From a virus: a DNA stretch of 64,000 nt. The stretch lies in the IMG/VR virus record IMGVR_UViG_3300020429_000529, positions 134,762 to 198,761 of that record; one strand, written 5' to 3'. This document shows positions 49,564 through 59,049 of the stretch, piece after piece (position 1 is the stretch's first letter; every line of letters starts with the position of its first letter). The notes under the pieces were generated by a model. The model was not told the origin of the DNA. It saw only the letters and a program-made list of their open reading frames with translations, and did not search any database. A program made the translations under genes and the position numbers.

Positions 49564-52500
49564 ATGGCGGACCCTCTTGTCAAAGAAGCGGAGAAAGAGT
49601 TCAAGGCATGCGCCTCGGATGATTTCAACAATGACCTTCTTGCGCTTATCAAAAGTCGTCACCCTTTGGTCTTCATCTCTTCGCACGAAGAGAAGAGACT
49701 TCTTTCTCACCTGAACAATCTCTGCATTGCTCGCAACTACGATGCGTATGTCTGGGACTGCTTCGGCGGTCTTCGTCATCTTGCTACTGACAAGCAGGTT
49801 GATGCGGAGGATGGAAAATCCTCTCCCGACAAGAGCAATCCCGAAGCGGCTCTCAACTCGATCATTCGTCGCATAGAAAAGTCGCAGGCGGATATCAGGA
49901 GACGAAGAGAAGAAGGCAAGGAGCCCGCCAACAATGGCAGCATCTATGTTCTCCTGGACTTCTACAAGTATTTCGAGCGTTTGCAGCCCGCTATTCAGCG
50001 CAGGTTGAGACATCTTGCAACTCACGCCAAGGCTGCAAGCGTGATTATGACAGGTCCGTCTTATTCGAGCGTGCCCGCGCTCGACAAGGACATTGCTGTT
50101 CTTGACTTCCCGTACCCTAATGAGTACGAGATTGGTCGGGTTCTTGATACCTCGATCGAGATTGTTGAGAACAAGCAGGCCTTCACTCATATCAAGAACA
50201 TCCGCAACCATGTCAAGAAGCGGAGAGAAGACATCATCAATGCCGTCAAGGGCTTGACTCTTGCGGAGGCTCAATCGGCATACTTTAAGTCGCTGGTAAT
50301 GGGCGATCGTCTTGGCCTCGATCCGTTCGATGTCGAAACGATCATGAAAGAGAAGCGATCCATCATCAGCAAGAGCGATATTCTTGAGTTCATCGCTCCG
50401 AAGGTTTCGCTCGATGATGTCGGCGGCCTGGACAATATGACGGAATGGTTCAAGGCTCGACGATTGGCTTTCAGTCATGAAGCTCAGCAGTATGGCCTCC
50501 CGATGCCCAAGGGGGCTTTGCTGCTCGGGGTTTCTGGCGGAGGAAAGTCGCTAACCGCTAAGGGCGTTGCGAAGCAATGGAACATGCCTCTGCTTAGGCT
50601 TGATTTCGGAGCCTTGTTCAACTCTCTGGTCGGCGCTTCCGAGGAACGAAGCCGCATGGTCATTGACCTTGCTGAGGCCGTCGCTCCTTGCGTGTCCGGC
50701 GATACTGTCATTCAGGACATCAACGGTAATGAGTACGTTATCGAGGATCTTCTCAATGACGATGGAGAACTGAAGAACAACGAACTCTACATCTTTGGAT
50801 TCAACGAAGAAACGAAGAAACTTGAGCCTACCAGAGTTCAGGGCGTTATACGCCATGCGAGCAAGAAAGAGATGATCCGCATCTCGACTGCTCATTCTTC
50901 GATTGAAGTCACCAAGGACCATCGGGTTATGGTCAATCGAGATGGCGACCTTCACTGGGTTGAGGCTCAAGAGATTGACAAGGGCGATCTGGTTATGGCT
51001 CCCAAGCTCTTCATGCGCCGCTGCAAGAAGCCCGATTGGAAGTCGGCCATCTCGATCCCTTACGACTCAATGAAGGGACAAGAAAAGGGTCATCACATTC
51101 TCTTCTCCAAGAAGAAGGGACACTTCTGCGTCGTCAACATGTTCAACGGGTTCAATCCCTCTGAGTTGTTCTACATGGTTGGCCTCATTGATGGCGGAGG
51201 CTGGATTGATGCAGAGACCGGAAAGGTCTCGATCAGCCTTGACAACTGGGAAATGACTCACAATTCGACAACGCTTTTTTGCGAGATGTTCGGAGTTGAG
51301 CCGCTGATCGAAGGCAACAAGCGGACTGGTTTTCGTATCGAGACAGAGAACAAGATCGCTGGCGACATTCTCTCGTTTGCCAGAGAGAACTTGATGAGTC
51401 AGGAAGATGAATACATTAGTCACTACCTGAGCGGCGTCATGGACGCGAGCGGCGACATTTACGCCGACAAGAAGTTCCCCAAAGTCATCTTCAATGTCTC
51501 GAATGATTTTGGGGTTCAGGATCGGGTCGCCAAGGCGATGCATGTCTTTGGCATTCTTGCTCCTAAGAGAAGCAAGTCTTCGATTGTGATCGATACGAAC
51601 TTCGATATGGAGAGCGCTGCGATCGCTCTCGATCTTCGGTACGAACCGCTTGGTAGCGCCTTGGCTGGTATTGTGAGAAACCGTCTCGGCAAGGACAACA
51701 GATCGATTGGTTACAAGTTCGGTAGCTCGTTGACGAAGGACAGAGATCGTTTCGATTTGTCGCGAGCAGACTTCAGCTTGCCTTCTCAGACCATCGCCTC
51801 GTATGAGAGAGGCAAGACGGTCCCGTTTGACAAGGCGTATGAGATCGCTGAGAAGATCGCTAAGGTTGCTCCGAGCGAGGTTGCGATCAAGGATACCTGC
51901 GTTGAGCTTATGCAGAGCGATCTGGTCGGCGTTGCTGTAACCAAGATCGAAGAAATCGGCAGCAGATACGCTTACGATCTTGCTTGCGAGAAGAATCACA
52001 ACTTCATCGGCAACAACATTCTGGTCCATAACTGCGTTCTTTGGTGGGACGAGATCGAAAAGGGTCTGTCTGGCGGCGTAGGGCAGGGCTCTGGCGACTC
52101 GGGCACTACGAAGCGAGTCATCTCTACGTTCCTCACATGGATGCAAGAGAAGACGGCACCTGTCTTTGTAGTCGCCACGGGCAACAATGTCCATGATATC
52201 CCGCCCGAGTTCATGCGCGCAGGTCGTTTCGATGAGACTTTCTGGATTGATCTTCCTGGCAAGGATGGTCGAGAGCAGATCTTCCATATCCTGCTCGGTC
52301 GCAAGGGAAGAGACCCGAAGACCTTTGACATCGAACGTCTTGCTGAGGAAACAAAGGGATGGACAGGAGCCGAGATCGAAAAAGCGATCCATGATGGCAT
52401 GTTCATTTCATTTGCTGACAACAAGAGAACTCTCACTACAGAAGACATCTCTGTTGCTATCTCTAAGATCAGGCCTCTTTCTGAGACCCGAAAAGAAGAA

Positions 52501-52611
52501 TTGCAACAGATGAGGACATGGGCTAAGGAGCGTTGCACGTTTGCCAACACGGACGTTGATGGCGATGGCAATCCTGATGTTCCTGATATCGATCTTCACG
52601 GGAAGAAGTAA
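49564..52611 (+). CDS. Classical AAA ATPase (Cdc48/FtsH-type ATPase module) interrupted by an intein
   Basis: Walker A LLGVSGGGKSLTAKG. After the intein, Walker B CVLWWDEIEKG, sensor-1 VVATGNN and SRH/Arg-finger IPPEFMRAGRFDETFWIDLP. The predicted spliced product is about 567 aa. Confidence 0.75.
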   Translation: MADPLVKEAEKEFKACASDDFNNDLLALIKSRHPLVFISSHEEKRLLSHLNNLCIARNYDAYVWDCFGGLRHLATDKQVDAEDGKSSPDKSNPEAALNSIIRRIEKSQADIRRRREEGKEPANNGSIYVLLDFYKYFERLQPAIQRRLRHLATHAKAASVIMTGPSYSSVPALDKDIAVLDFPYPNEYEIGRVLDTSIEIVENKQAFTHIKNIRNHVKKRREDIINAVKGLTLAEAQSAYFKSLVMGDRLGLDPFDVETIMKEKRSIISKSDILEFIAPKVSLDDVGGLDNMTEWFKARRLAFSHEAQQYGLPMPKGALLLGVSGGGKSLTAKGVAKQWNMPLLRLDFGALFNSLVGASEERSRMVIDLAEAVAPCVSGDTVIQDINGNEYVIEDLLNDDGELKNNELYIFGFNEETKKLEPTRVQGVIRHASKKEMIRISTAHSSIEVTKDHRVMVNRDGDLHWVEAQEIDKGDLVMAPKLFMRRCKKPDWKSAISIPYDSMKGQEKGHHILFSKKKGHFCVVNMFNGFNPSELFYMVGLIDGGGWIDAETGKVSISLDNWEMTHNSTTLFCEMFGVEPLIEGNKRTGFRIETENKIAGDILSFARENLMSQEDEYISHYLSGVMDASGDIYADKKFPKVIFNVSNDFGVQDRVAKAMHVFGILAPKRSKSSIVIDTNFDMESAAIALDLRYEPLGSALAGIVRNRLGKDNRSIGYKFGSSLTKDRDRFDLSRADFSLPSQTIASYERGKTVPFDKAYEIAEKIAKVAPSEVAIKDTCVELMQSDLVGVAVTKIEEIGSRYAYDLACEKNHNFIGNNILVHNCVLWWDEIEKGLSGGVGQGSGDSGTTKRVISTFLTWMQEKTAPVFVVATGNNVHDIPPEFMRAGRFDETFWIDLPGKDGREQIFHILLGRKGRDPKTFDIERLAEETKGWTGAEIEKAIHDGMFISFADNKRTLTTEDISVAISKIRPLSETRKEELQQMRTWAKERCTFANTDVDGDGNPDVPDIDLHGKK
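50689..52032 (+). mobile_element. Intein (448 aa) with LAGLIDADG-type homing endonuclease motifs, inserted immediately upstream of Walker B of the AAA ATPase
   Basis: Starts at Cys (APCVSGDTVIQ) and ends ILVHN followed by extein +1 Cys (CVLWWDE). Internal LAGLIDADG-like motifs MVGLIDGGGWID and LSGVMDASGDIY. Confidence 0.7.
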
Positions 52612-52626
52612 AGATCACTTTGTTGG

Positions 52627-53505
52627 GTGGAGTCTTTATTCAACCGGCTTGTAGAAGCCGAAGGTGTTGCTATGAGGGATATCAGTAGAACCATAAACCT
52701 CTACACCGGAAAGCTGCAAGAGACTTGTCAGTTTCACGAAGGCGAGCGAGAATGTTCTCGGGAAGAAGGTTGCGTCTGTCGTAAGCTCGGCGAAATCAAA
52801 GCTCTGACTCAAGAGCTAATCGAACCGATCTATCGCAACTCAACCTTTGATTCATTTACAGGTAAGCTGCCAGACGGTCAGAGGGCGAAGCCATTTAGAG
52901 ATGATCCGAATCGGATCAATGAAGTGAAGAAACAGCTATGGAAGTATCTCTACGGAGATACGCCTATGGTCCCCGGCGGAAGCCGAGAAGACTACAACCG
53001 AATATCCATCATTGACAAGAGGCACCGAGAAGGCGCTTCTGTTGTGATTCATGGCAAGTCGGGCGTCTACAAGAAAGAGCAGCACGGCGGTTATCGCTAC
53101 GAGCATGTTCCAACTGGTAAGACTTTGCTTGCTTCGATCATCATGCTCGATGCGATCAATCGCAACAAGCATCCCTCGGGCAAGAACTGGACTTACGATA
53201 AGGTTTCATTCCTTGAGCTACGACAAGCTCTCAAGTCCAAAGATGATAGCATCTATGACATGCAAGACGTTGACTGGTTGTTGATTGACGATCTTGTAGA
53301 AATAGCAGAGGAAGGTTCCAGCAAGAAGGCTTCTGGCTGGACGAAAGAAGTGTTCGATGCGTTTCTGATTGATCGCATTCAGAATCACAAGCCTACGATC
53401 CTGGTATGTAACTTCGACATCGAGGATATTTCTGTCGAAGAGCGTATGGGTCTGGCCTTCCAAAAAATACTGTCAAGCCATACTACGCATGAGATCAAGG
53501 TGTAA
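52627..53505 (+). CDS. Putative helicase loader / DnaC-IstB-like ATPase (low confidence) with an N-terminal Cys cluster
   Basis: Sits immediately upstream of dnaB. Split P-loop-like SVVIHGKSG...VPTGKTLLASII, Walker-B-like VDWLLIDDL and N-terminal CQFHEGERECSREEGCVC. GTG start; an alternative ATG lies at 52672. Confidence 0.35.
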   Translation: MESLFNRLVEAEGVAMRDISRTINLYTGKLQETCQFHEGERECSREEGCVCRKLGEIKALTQELIEPIYRNSTFDSFTGKLPDGQRAKPFRDDPNRINEVKKQLWKYLYGDTPMVPGGSREDYNRISIIDKRHREGASVVIHGKSGVYKKEQHGGYRYEHVPTGKTLLASIIMLDAINRNKHPSGKNWTYDKVSFLELRQALKSKDDSIYDMQDVDWLLIDDLVEIAEEGSSKKASGWTKEVFDAFLIDRIQNHKPTILVCNFDIEDISVEERMGLAFQKILSSHTTHEIKV

Positions 53506-55094
53506 TGAGGGATAGGAAAGAAACACAAGAGAAGATACTGCATATTCTGCTCACCACGCCGGATTCGGTGAGCGCTCTCGTTGCGCATCGCATCGGCCCT
53601 GAGCATTTTGACCCGATCTTTCGTCCGCTTCTGCATGGCATTTTCCATGCTCAGTCTAAGGGGGCGAAGCTTACTGAAGTCGGCTACATTGACTTCATTG
53701 AAAAGGCCGTTACTTCAGGTAAGTATTCGGAGTGGGTCGGCAAGAAGGTTGACAGTCCTAAGCAGGCTGTTCTTCGAGAAAAGGCCATGCTGTTTGAGGC
53801 GTTCGGTCTTCAGACAGCCGAAACCGATGACATCGAAGTCTACATCGATCGCCTCAACGAAGATCGAATCAGAGAGCAATCTGAACGACTCTTCCAGAAG
53901 TTCAAGGAAGATGCCAAGAAGAACTATCCCGAAGCGATTGGTCAACTGTCTGAAGGTCTTGAGAAGATCTCGGTCTCAACAAGCGAGAACAAGTCCAACT
54001 GGGTGTACCTGAACGAAGATAAAGAGAGCTTCGTTGGCAAGCTACGAGCCGAGAGAGAAAACCCGTCTGAACGTTTGTTGACAGGAATTTCTGAGCTTGA
54101 TGATTCGATTACGGTCGGATTGCAACCAGGATCTCTGACTCTGTTCGTTGCTGATGTTGGCGGCTTCAAGTCAACGATGATGCTCAACGTTGCGCTGAAT
54201 GTATGGCGCAAGTATCACAAAGATGTTCTGTTTATCAGCCTTGAGATGCCAGCGGATATGCTTGAAGCAAAGATCGCTGCAAGAGAGACTGGTATCGCGA
54301 ACGAGAAACTGAGCAAGCCAGAACTTTTGACCGACGCCAATCTTGATCGCATCGAGAAAGAATGGGACAACTTCCATTCCATGCCGCATCGCTTCGTTAT
54401 CGAAGATACCGAGGAACGCCTCAAGGTTTCAGACATCAAAGCTAAGATCGAGAAGAACATCTCTTTCTTCAAGCCCCGCTTGGTAGTTATTGACTATATC
54501 ACGATTCTTTCGCCAGAGAAAAGCTTTGCGAACAAGGCATCTCACGAATGGGTAGGTCATTGGTGTAAGGATCTGCGTCAGCTTGGACGCAAGCATGGGT
54601 TTGCCATCATCTCCGCTGCTCAGCTTGGACGAGAGGCCATCAAGCGTCTTCGTTCTCAGAAAGAGGGCAAGCAGACTGTTGGTTCGGATGACCTTCGAGG
54701 CTCGCATGACTTCTCGGCAGACTCCGACAACATCTATGCTCTTGTACCTGATCCGAGCCAGCCTCAGCAGCAGCTTCAGTTGTTCTGTATCAAGGCTCGT
54801 TACGGCAAGAAGACATTCGGAGGCGTCAATCGAGCGATGCTGAATGTCAATCCTGATCTGTGTCGCATATCAGGGGCAACGGATGCGGCATGGTCTTCTG
54901 ATGACTTTGATGATGGCTCTGACGATGCCGAGTTTATCAAGAGACAAGAGAGCGCAAGCACGGGAATGTCGTTTGAAGATCAAGATGACCTGGATCTCGA
55001 TGGAGACCCCTCTCCTTCTGTTGTAACGAAGAAGCCCAAGAAGGAAAAGAAGAAGAAATCAACTGGTACATTGGAGTTTGACGAGTTCGACTAA
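53505..55094 (+). CDS. dnaB: DnaB-family replicative DNA helicase
   Basis: DnaB N-domain-like start. RecA-fold motifs GGFKSTMMLNVALNV, ISLEMPADML, VVIDYITILS, AIISAAQLGREA and DLRGSHDFSADSDNIYAL. Acidic then Lys-rich C-terminal tail. Confidence 0.75.
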   Translation: MRDRKETQEKILHILLTTPDSVSALVAHRIGPEHFDPIFRPLLHGIFHAQSKGAKLTEVGYIDFIEKAVTSGKYSEWVGKKVDSPKQAVLREKAMLFEAFGLQTAETDDIEVYIDRLNEDRIREQSERLFQKFKEDAKKNYPEAIGQLSEGLEKISVSTSENKSNWVYLNEDKESFVGKLRAERENPSERLLTGISELDDSITVGLQPGSLTLFVADVGGFKSTMMLNVALNVWRKYHKDVLFISLEMPADMLEAKIAARETGIANEKLSKPELLTDANLDRIEKEWDNFHSMPHRFVIEDTEERLKVSDIKAKIEKNISFFKPRLVVIDYITILSPEKSFANKASHEWVGHWCKDLRQLGRKHGFAIISAAQLGREAIKRLRSQKEGKQTVGSDDLRGSHDFSADSDNIYALVPDPSQPQQQLQLFCIKARYGKKTFGGVNRAMLNVNPDLCRISGATDAAWSSDDFDDGSDDAEFIKRQESASTGMSFEDQDDLDLDGDPSPSVVTKKPKKEKKKKSTGTLEFDEFD

Positions 55095-55714
55095 TGAGTT
55101 ATGTCATCGATCAAATCTCGTCGTCATACAAGATCTCTGAGTATCTCGCAGACAGAGGTATCCATCCCAAGAAGGAGCATGGAGATCGCAAGATGTATCC
55201 GTGCCCGCTTCCTTCTCATACGAATGATAGCCATCCCTCATTCTACCTGTTTGACAAGGGCGATCATGAGGACTTCCATTGTTTCGGTTGCAAGGCTGGC
55301 GGAGGGATAATCCAGTTCGTCAGCGAGTTTGAGAATATCTCGATCAAGGATTCGATCTCGAAGCTTGCATCGAGTCTCAATCTCAATGTCGAAGATGCTA
55401 TCGATCATATTGTCGCCGAGCTTACGAATGTAGCAAGAGATGTCATTGTTGACGAAAACGACCTGCTTCATACTTCGATGTTCATCAGTCGTATCAGTCA
55501 CGAGCATTTGAGGCGGTGCGATTTTGATGCTGCTGAGCTTGCTGCATGCGAGAAAATGTTCAAGCTTGTTGACAAGTTCATGATACAACAGGACCAGCAA
55601 TCGATCGAAGAGATCTCATCGCTGTTGCCGACTCACCTCAGAAAGAGGTTCGCTGCATATACGAAGAAGAAGTCGGCAGAAGAACGTGAGTCTATGACTT
55701 CATGGGATATCTGA
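55094..55714 (+). CDS. DnaG-type primase zinc-binding (CHC2) domain protein, stand-alone, no TOPRIM domain
   Basis: CPLPSHTNDSHPSFYLFDKGDHEDFHCFGCKAGGGIIQFV matches the CHC2 primase zinc finger. The protein is only 206 aa. Confidence 0.65.
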   Translation: MSYVIDQISSSYKISEYLADRGIHPKKEHGDRKMYPCPLPSHTNDSHPSFYLFDKGDHEDFHCFGCKAGGGIIQFVSEFENISIKDSISKLASSLNLNVEDAIDHIVAELTNVARDVIVDENDLLHTSMFISRISHEHLRRCDFDAAELAACEKMFKLVDKFMIQQDQQSIEEISSLLPTHLRKRFAAYTKKKSAEERESMTSWDI

Positions 55715-56478
55715 TGAACTATGACATCCGAAACATTGACTGTTTGAACATCGAGGATGATTCGTTCTCGCTGATCTATCTTGACCCTCCTTATAGCTAC
55801 AAGGGCGAAGACAGTTACTATGGGGTGGGAGATGACTTTCATGAGTATCTGTCGTTCATGTACGATCGACTGAGCAGACTCGAAGAGGTTCTTGATGAGA
55901 ACGGCAACATCGTAGTTCATGTTGACTACAAGGCTGTTCACAACATTCGGGTCATGATGGACTCGATCTTTGGTCGTGAGAACTTTCGCAACGAGATTAT
56001 CTGGTGCTACAGCAATCCATCCACGGTCGAAAGTCATCTTCCGCGCAAGCATGATAATCTGCTTTGGTATGGCAGAGGCGAGTATGTCTTTAATCCTGAG
56101 AGAATCCCTCACAAGACCAAGATGAGCGTTGGAGGCGATGCGGCCTGGTCGAAAGAGAAGATTCCTTGGGAGCATTATAGAGACAAGGGCAAGCTCCTTG
56201 AAGATTGGTGGACCGACATTCCTGCTCTCTGCAGGAACGAGAAAGAGAAGACGGGCTATGCAACTCAGAAGCCGCTGGCCCTAATGAAGAGAGTCGTCTC
56301 GCTATGGAGCAATAGAGGTCAACGGGTGCTTGATCCATTTTGCGGAAGCGGCTCGTTCCTTGAGGCTGCCAGCCGTCTCGGTCGGGTGAGCGTCGGCTGC
56401 GACGTGAATCAGGATGCCGTAGAGATAGCTGAAAGACGATTGGATGATATAGAAGAGGACTTGTTTGCCAATGCGTGA
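55702..56478 (+). CDS. Beta-class DNA methyltransferase (DPPY; probable m6A or m4C)
   Basis: N-terminal motif IV LIYLDPPYSYKG. C-terminal motif I LDPFCGSGSFLEAA. This is the circular permutation typical of the beta group. Confidence 0.7.
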   Translation: MGYLMNYDIRNIDCLNIEDDSFSLIYLDPPYSYKGEDSYYGVGDDFHEYLSFMYDRLSRLEEVLDENGNIVVHVDYKAVHNIRVMMDSIFGRENFRNEIIWCYSNPSTVESHLPRKHDNLLWYGRGEYVFNPERIPHKTKMSVGGDAAWSKEKIPWEHYRDKGKLLEDWWTDIPALCRNEKEKTGYATQKPLALMKRVVSLWSNRGQRVLDPFCGSGSFLEAASRLGRVSVGCDVNQDAVEIAERRLDDIEEDLFANA

Positions 56479-57289
56479 TGAAATCATCCATGCCGACGTA
56501 CTTGATGGACTCAAGAAGATACCTGACGAATCGGTGTCTCTTGTCTTCACATCTCCGCCTTACAACGTGAACATTCCGTATCGCAATCATGCGGATGGTA
56601 TGCCGTATGAGATCTATCTTGACTGGCTCAAGCAAGTCTGGACCGAATGCTATCGAGTTCTCCGTCCTGGCGGTCGTCTTGCGATCAACATTGATTCGAT
56701 GGTCAATCATGAAGAGGATCGAATCGCAAAGAGCGCCGATGATACGGGTCGAGAATACTTCCGTCCCATCTACTCTGATCTTTGCATCATGAACAAGGAC
56801 ATCGGTTACAACTTCCGATGCGACATCTGCTGGTACAAGCATCAGGTTGTTGGTAGAGCAACCGCATGGGGCAGCTATCAGTCATGCTCGAATCCGATTG
56901 TTCGTCGCAACCATGAATACATCCTGGTCTGGAACAAGGGGCCTTGGCGTCTTGATCCTCCCGAGAAGGGTGTCAAGAGCGATCTGACAGCAGAAGAGTT
57001 TCAGCAATGGACAATGAGCTATTGGCCCATTTCTCCTGAGACGCAGAACCGAGGGAACCATGAGGTTCCATTCCCTGTTCGTCTTGCTCGACCTGTGATT
57101 AAGCTTTACTCGTATCCTGGCGATACGGTTCTTGATCCCTTTGTCGGATCGGGAACTACTGCGTATGCGGCAAGCATGCTCAATCGCCACTACATCGGCA
57201 TTGATAATGATGCCGAGACGGTAAGGTATGCCAGAGATCGCATCGATGCAAACGTTGATCTGTTTGCGGGTATGGGAGCAGAGATATGA
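56465..57289 (+). CDS. Beta-class DNA methyltransferase (SPPY; probable N4-cytosine or N6-adenine)
   Basis: N-terminal VFTSPPYNVNIPY. C-terminal LDPFVGSGTTAYAA. Confidence 0.7.
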   Translation: MPMRDEIIHADVLDGLKKIPDESVSLVFTSPPYNVNIPYRNHADGMPYEIYLDWLKQVWTECYRVLRPGGRLAINIDSMVNHEEDRIAKSADDTGREYFRPIYSDLCIMNKDIGYNFRCDICWYKHQVVGRATAWGSYQSCSNPIVRRNHEYILVWNKGPWRLDPPEKGVKSDLTAEEFQQWTMSYWPISPETQNRGNHEVPFPVRLARPVIKLYSYPGDTVLDPFVGSGTTAYAASMLNRHYIGIDNDAETVRYARDRIDANVDLFAGMGAEI

Positions 57290-57834
57290 GCATGGAAGGC
57301 ATGGAGTTCGAGATCAACTTCACCGATCGCACGCTGCTTGAGGGCAATGGCGAGTTCGAAGAGGTTGATACGCTCATGAAGAAGCCGCAAGAAATCATCG
57401 GCGGCATGTTGTCTCCTGTTCCCTCGGACAAGTGGACAATCAAGAGTAATGTCACGATTCTTCATGGTCTTGGCTTTGGTCAGGTTACATGCGATTTTTA
57501 CAGCGACGGCAAGATCGTCATCACAGAATTCGCGCCCTCTGCGAAAGATCTCTACTGCGTTGATATTCGATGCCTGACAGCTTGGGCTATGCAGTATGGT
57601 TGGCAAAGACCAGAGCCATTGCCCCATATCGTGAAGGCATGGCAAGAGTTTTGGGTTCTTCAATGGGAGACTCACATTATCGATTCGGAGTACCTCGACA
57701 ACAAGCTTGGCGAAAGAGGACCAAACCTTTTTGTCGATGATGCCGATGAAGAAGATGTTGGAGATGCAGACGATCTTCCGCCAGAAGAGGACATCGACAT
57801 GGACGATGACCTGGAAAAATATAGAGGAAGTTAG
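57286..57834 (+). CDS. Hypothetical protein with acidic C-terminus
   Basis: ATGA overlap with the upstream methyltransferase. C-terminal DDADEEDVGDADDLPPEEDIDMDDD. Confidence 0.45.
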   Translation: MSMEGMEFEINFTDRTLLEGNGEFEEVDTLMKKPQEIIGGMLSPVPSDKWTIKSNVTILHGLGFGQVTCDFYSDGKIVITEFAPSAKDLYCVDIRCLTAWAMQYGWQRPEPLPHIVKAWQEFWVLQWETHIIDSEYLDNKLGERGPNLFVDDADEEDVGDADDLPPEEDIDMDDDLEKYRGS

Positions 57835-57871
57835 TCTATCTCAACGAAGACCTACCAGGAGGAAGTAGCAC

Positions 57872-58531
57872 ATGCCGATTGAAACTGATAGCGGAAATAT
57901 CGACTTCACATGGCGATTCAAGCCGCAAGCCGAAGGACAGCAGGAGTTGACATATCCTGTAAGACTTCACAAAACACCTGACTTTGGTTGGACTGTATCG
58001 TTCCTTGATGAGAACAATCAGCCTTCTCTAAGTCTTCCTGCAAGTATGTTTGAAGAGGTTTGGGAGCATATCTCGACATATGTCTCGCCAGGCGCTCGCA
58101 CGGTCTCTCAGACCGTTCCTACGCCGTCTTCGGGGCTAAGGCTCCCGCAGATCGGTCGGCCTGTTGGAGCGCCGCCAGCGGCCCCTCAGCGGCCTCAGGC
58201 GGTTCCTCGTACTGAGATCGCTGCTGTGCAGGCTGATGGGCGTACTTTCGTTGCCTCTGAAGTCTCCATCGACGCTGATACAGAGGAGGGCGAGGGCGTT
58301 TTCTTGCCAGACGGTCATACTCTCGACGATATCGAACTGGATCCAGATGATCCTACTTTTGAGACTTTTACAGTCCCGCAGAAACCTGTACCTGCTCGCA
58401 AGACGGCGGCAGCAAAGGACGATATCGATGATGACGAGGAGCGGCAGCGCATTCTTGAGGAACGGGCCGCAGCCGCTAAGAACAAGGGCAAGAAAGGTAT
58501 CAAGAAGCGTCACTCATCGGATGACGAATGA
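57872..58531 (+). CDS. Hypothetical protein (Pro/Ala-rich middle, acidic/basic C-terminus)
   Basis: Strong RBS AGGAGGAAG 8 nt upstream of ATG 57872. Confidence 0.5.
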   Translation: MPIETDSGNIDFTWRFKPQAEGQQELTYPVRLHKTPDFGWTVSFLDENNQPSLSLPASMFEEVWEHISTYVSPGARTVSQTVPTPSSGLRLPQIGRPVGAPPAAPQRPQAVPRTEIAAVQADGRTFVASEVSIDADTEEGEGVFLPDGHTLDDIELDPDDPTFETFTVPQKPVPARKTAAAKDDIDDDEERQRILEERAAAAKNKGKKGIKKRHSSDDE

Positions 58532-58770
58532 GCGACCACCTAAACTACCAGCCTAAATGCAGGAAGATTCCTCTCAGTCATCTTGCTGTTTCGCCTCGCG
58601 GCATAGAGGAACCTCTGTGTCAAACATGCGTGCATCGAAACTGCGGAAACCCTATTGAACCATCCACTGTCAGCATTTTGGGGGTCAACAAGACCTTGAG
58701 ATGCTACAACAGTCACGGAGTCATGATGGCTGTCGTAGACTGCGAGGCTTATCACAAGCAAGAGGACTAA
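58528..58770 (+). CDS. Small Cys-rich protein (80 aa)
   Basis: ATGA overlap with the upstream gene. Contains CQTCVHRNCGNP, possibly metal binding. Confidence 0.35.
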   Translation: MSDHLNYQPKCRKIPLSHLAVSPRGIEEPLCQTCVHRNCGNPIEPSTVSILGVNKTLRCYNSHGVMMAVVDCEAYHKQED

Positions 58771-58771
58771 G

Positions 58772-59047
58772 ATGCCAACCTATGTCTACGCCATACTGGA
58801 TGATGAGGGGAACAGAACAGAGGAAACTTTCGAAGTTTTCCAGAAGATGAGTGATGAGCCACTGACGGAAGAACCAGAAACGGGGAGGCCATGTCAGAGG
58901 ATTATCACGGGCGTAAACGTTGCCCACAGCGGACCAGCTTGGGACTGGTGCGAATCAACGAAGCGGTACATCAATACGATGAAGCCCAAGTATATCCGAG
59001 ACGATAAAACAGGTGTACGCAGGAAGTATCCCAAGGGAGGGGTCTAA
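58772..59047 (+). CDS. FmdB-family-like small protein with degenerate zinc-ribbon
   Basis: MPTYVYAILDDEGNRTEETFEVFQKMSDEPL resembles the FmdB N-terminus MPIYEY-C-CG-FE-QKMSD-PL, but the Cys ligands are replaced. Confidence 0.45.
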   Translation: MPTYVYAILDDEGNRTEETFEVFQKMSDEPLTEEPETGRPCQRIITGVNVAHSGPAWDWCESTKRYINTMKPKYIRDDKTGVRRKYPKGGV

Positions 59048-59049
59048 TC

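Noticed and set aside
51067-52392. 441-aa minus-strand ORF
   Set aside because: Antisense to the intein/AAA ATPase coding region, whose splice junctions and AAA motifs are clear on the + strand.
55094-55714. Full-length DnaG primase
   Set aside because: Only the CHC2 zinc-binding domain is present in 206 aa. No TOPRIM (E...DxD) or helicase-interaction domain follows before the next gene starts.
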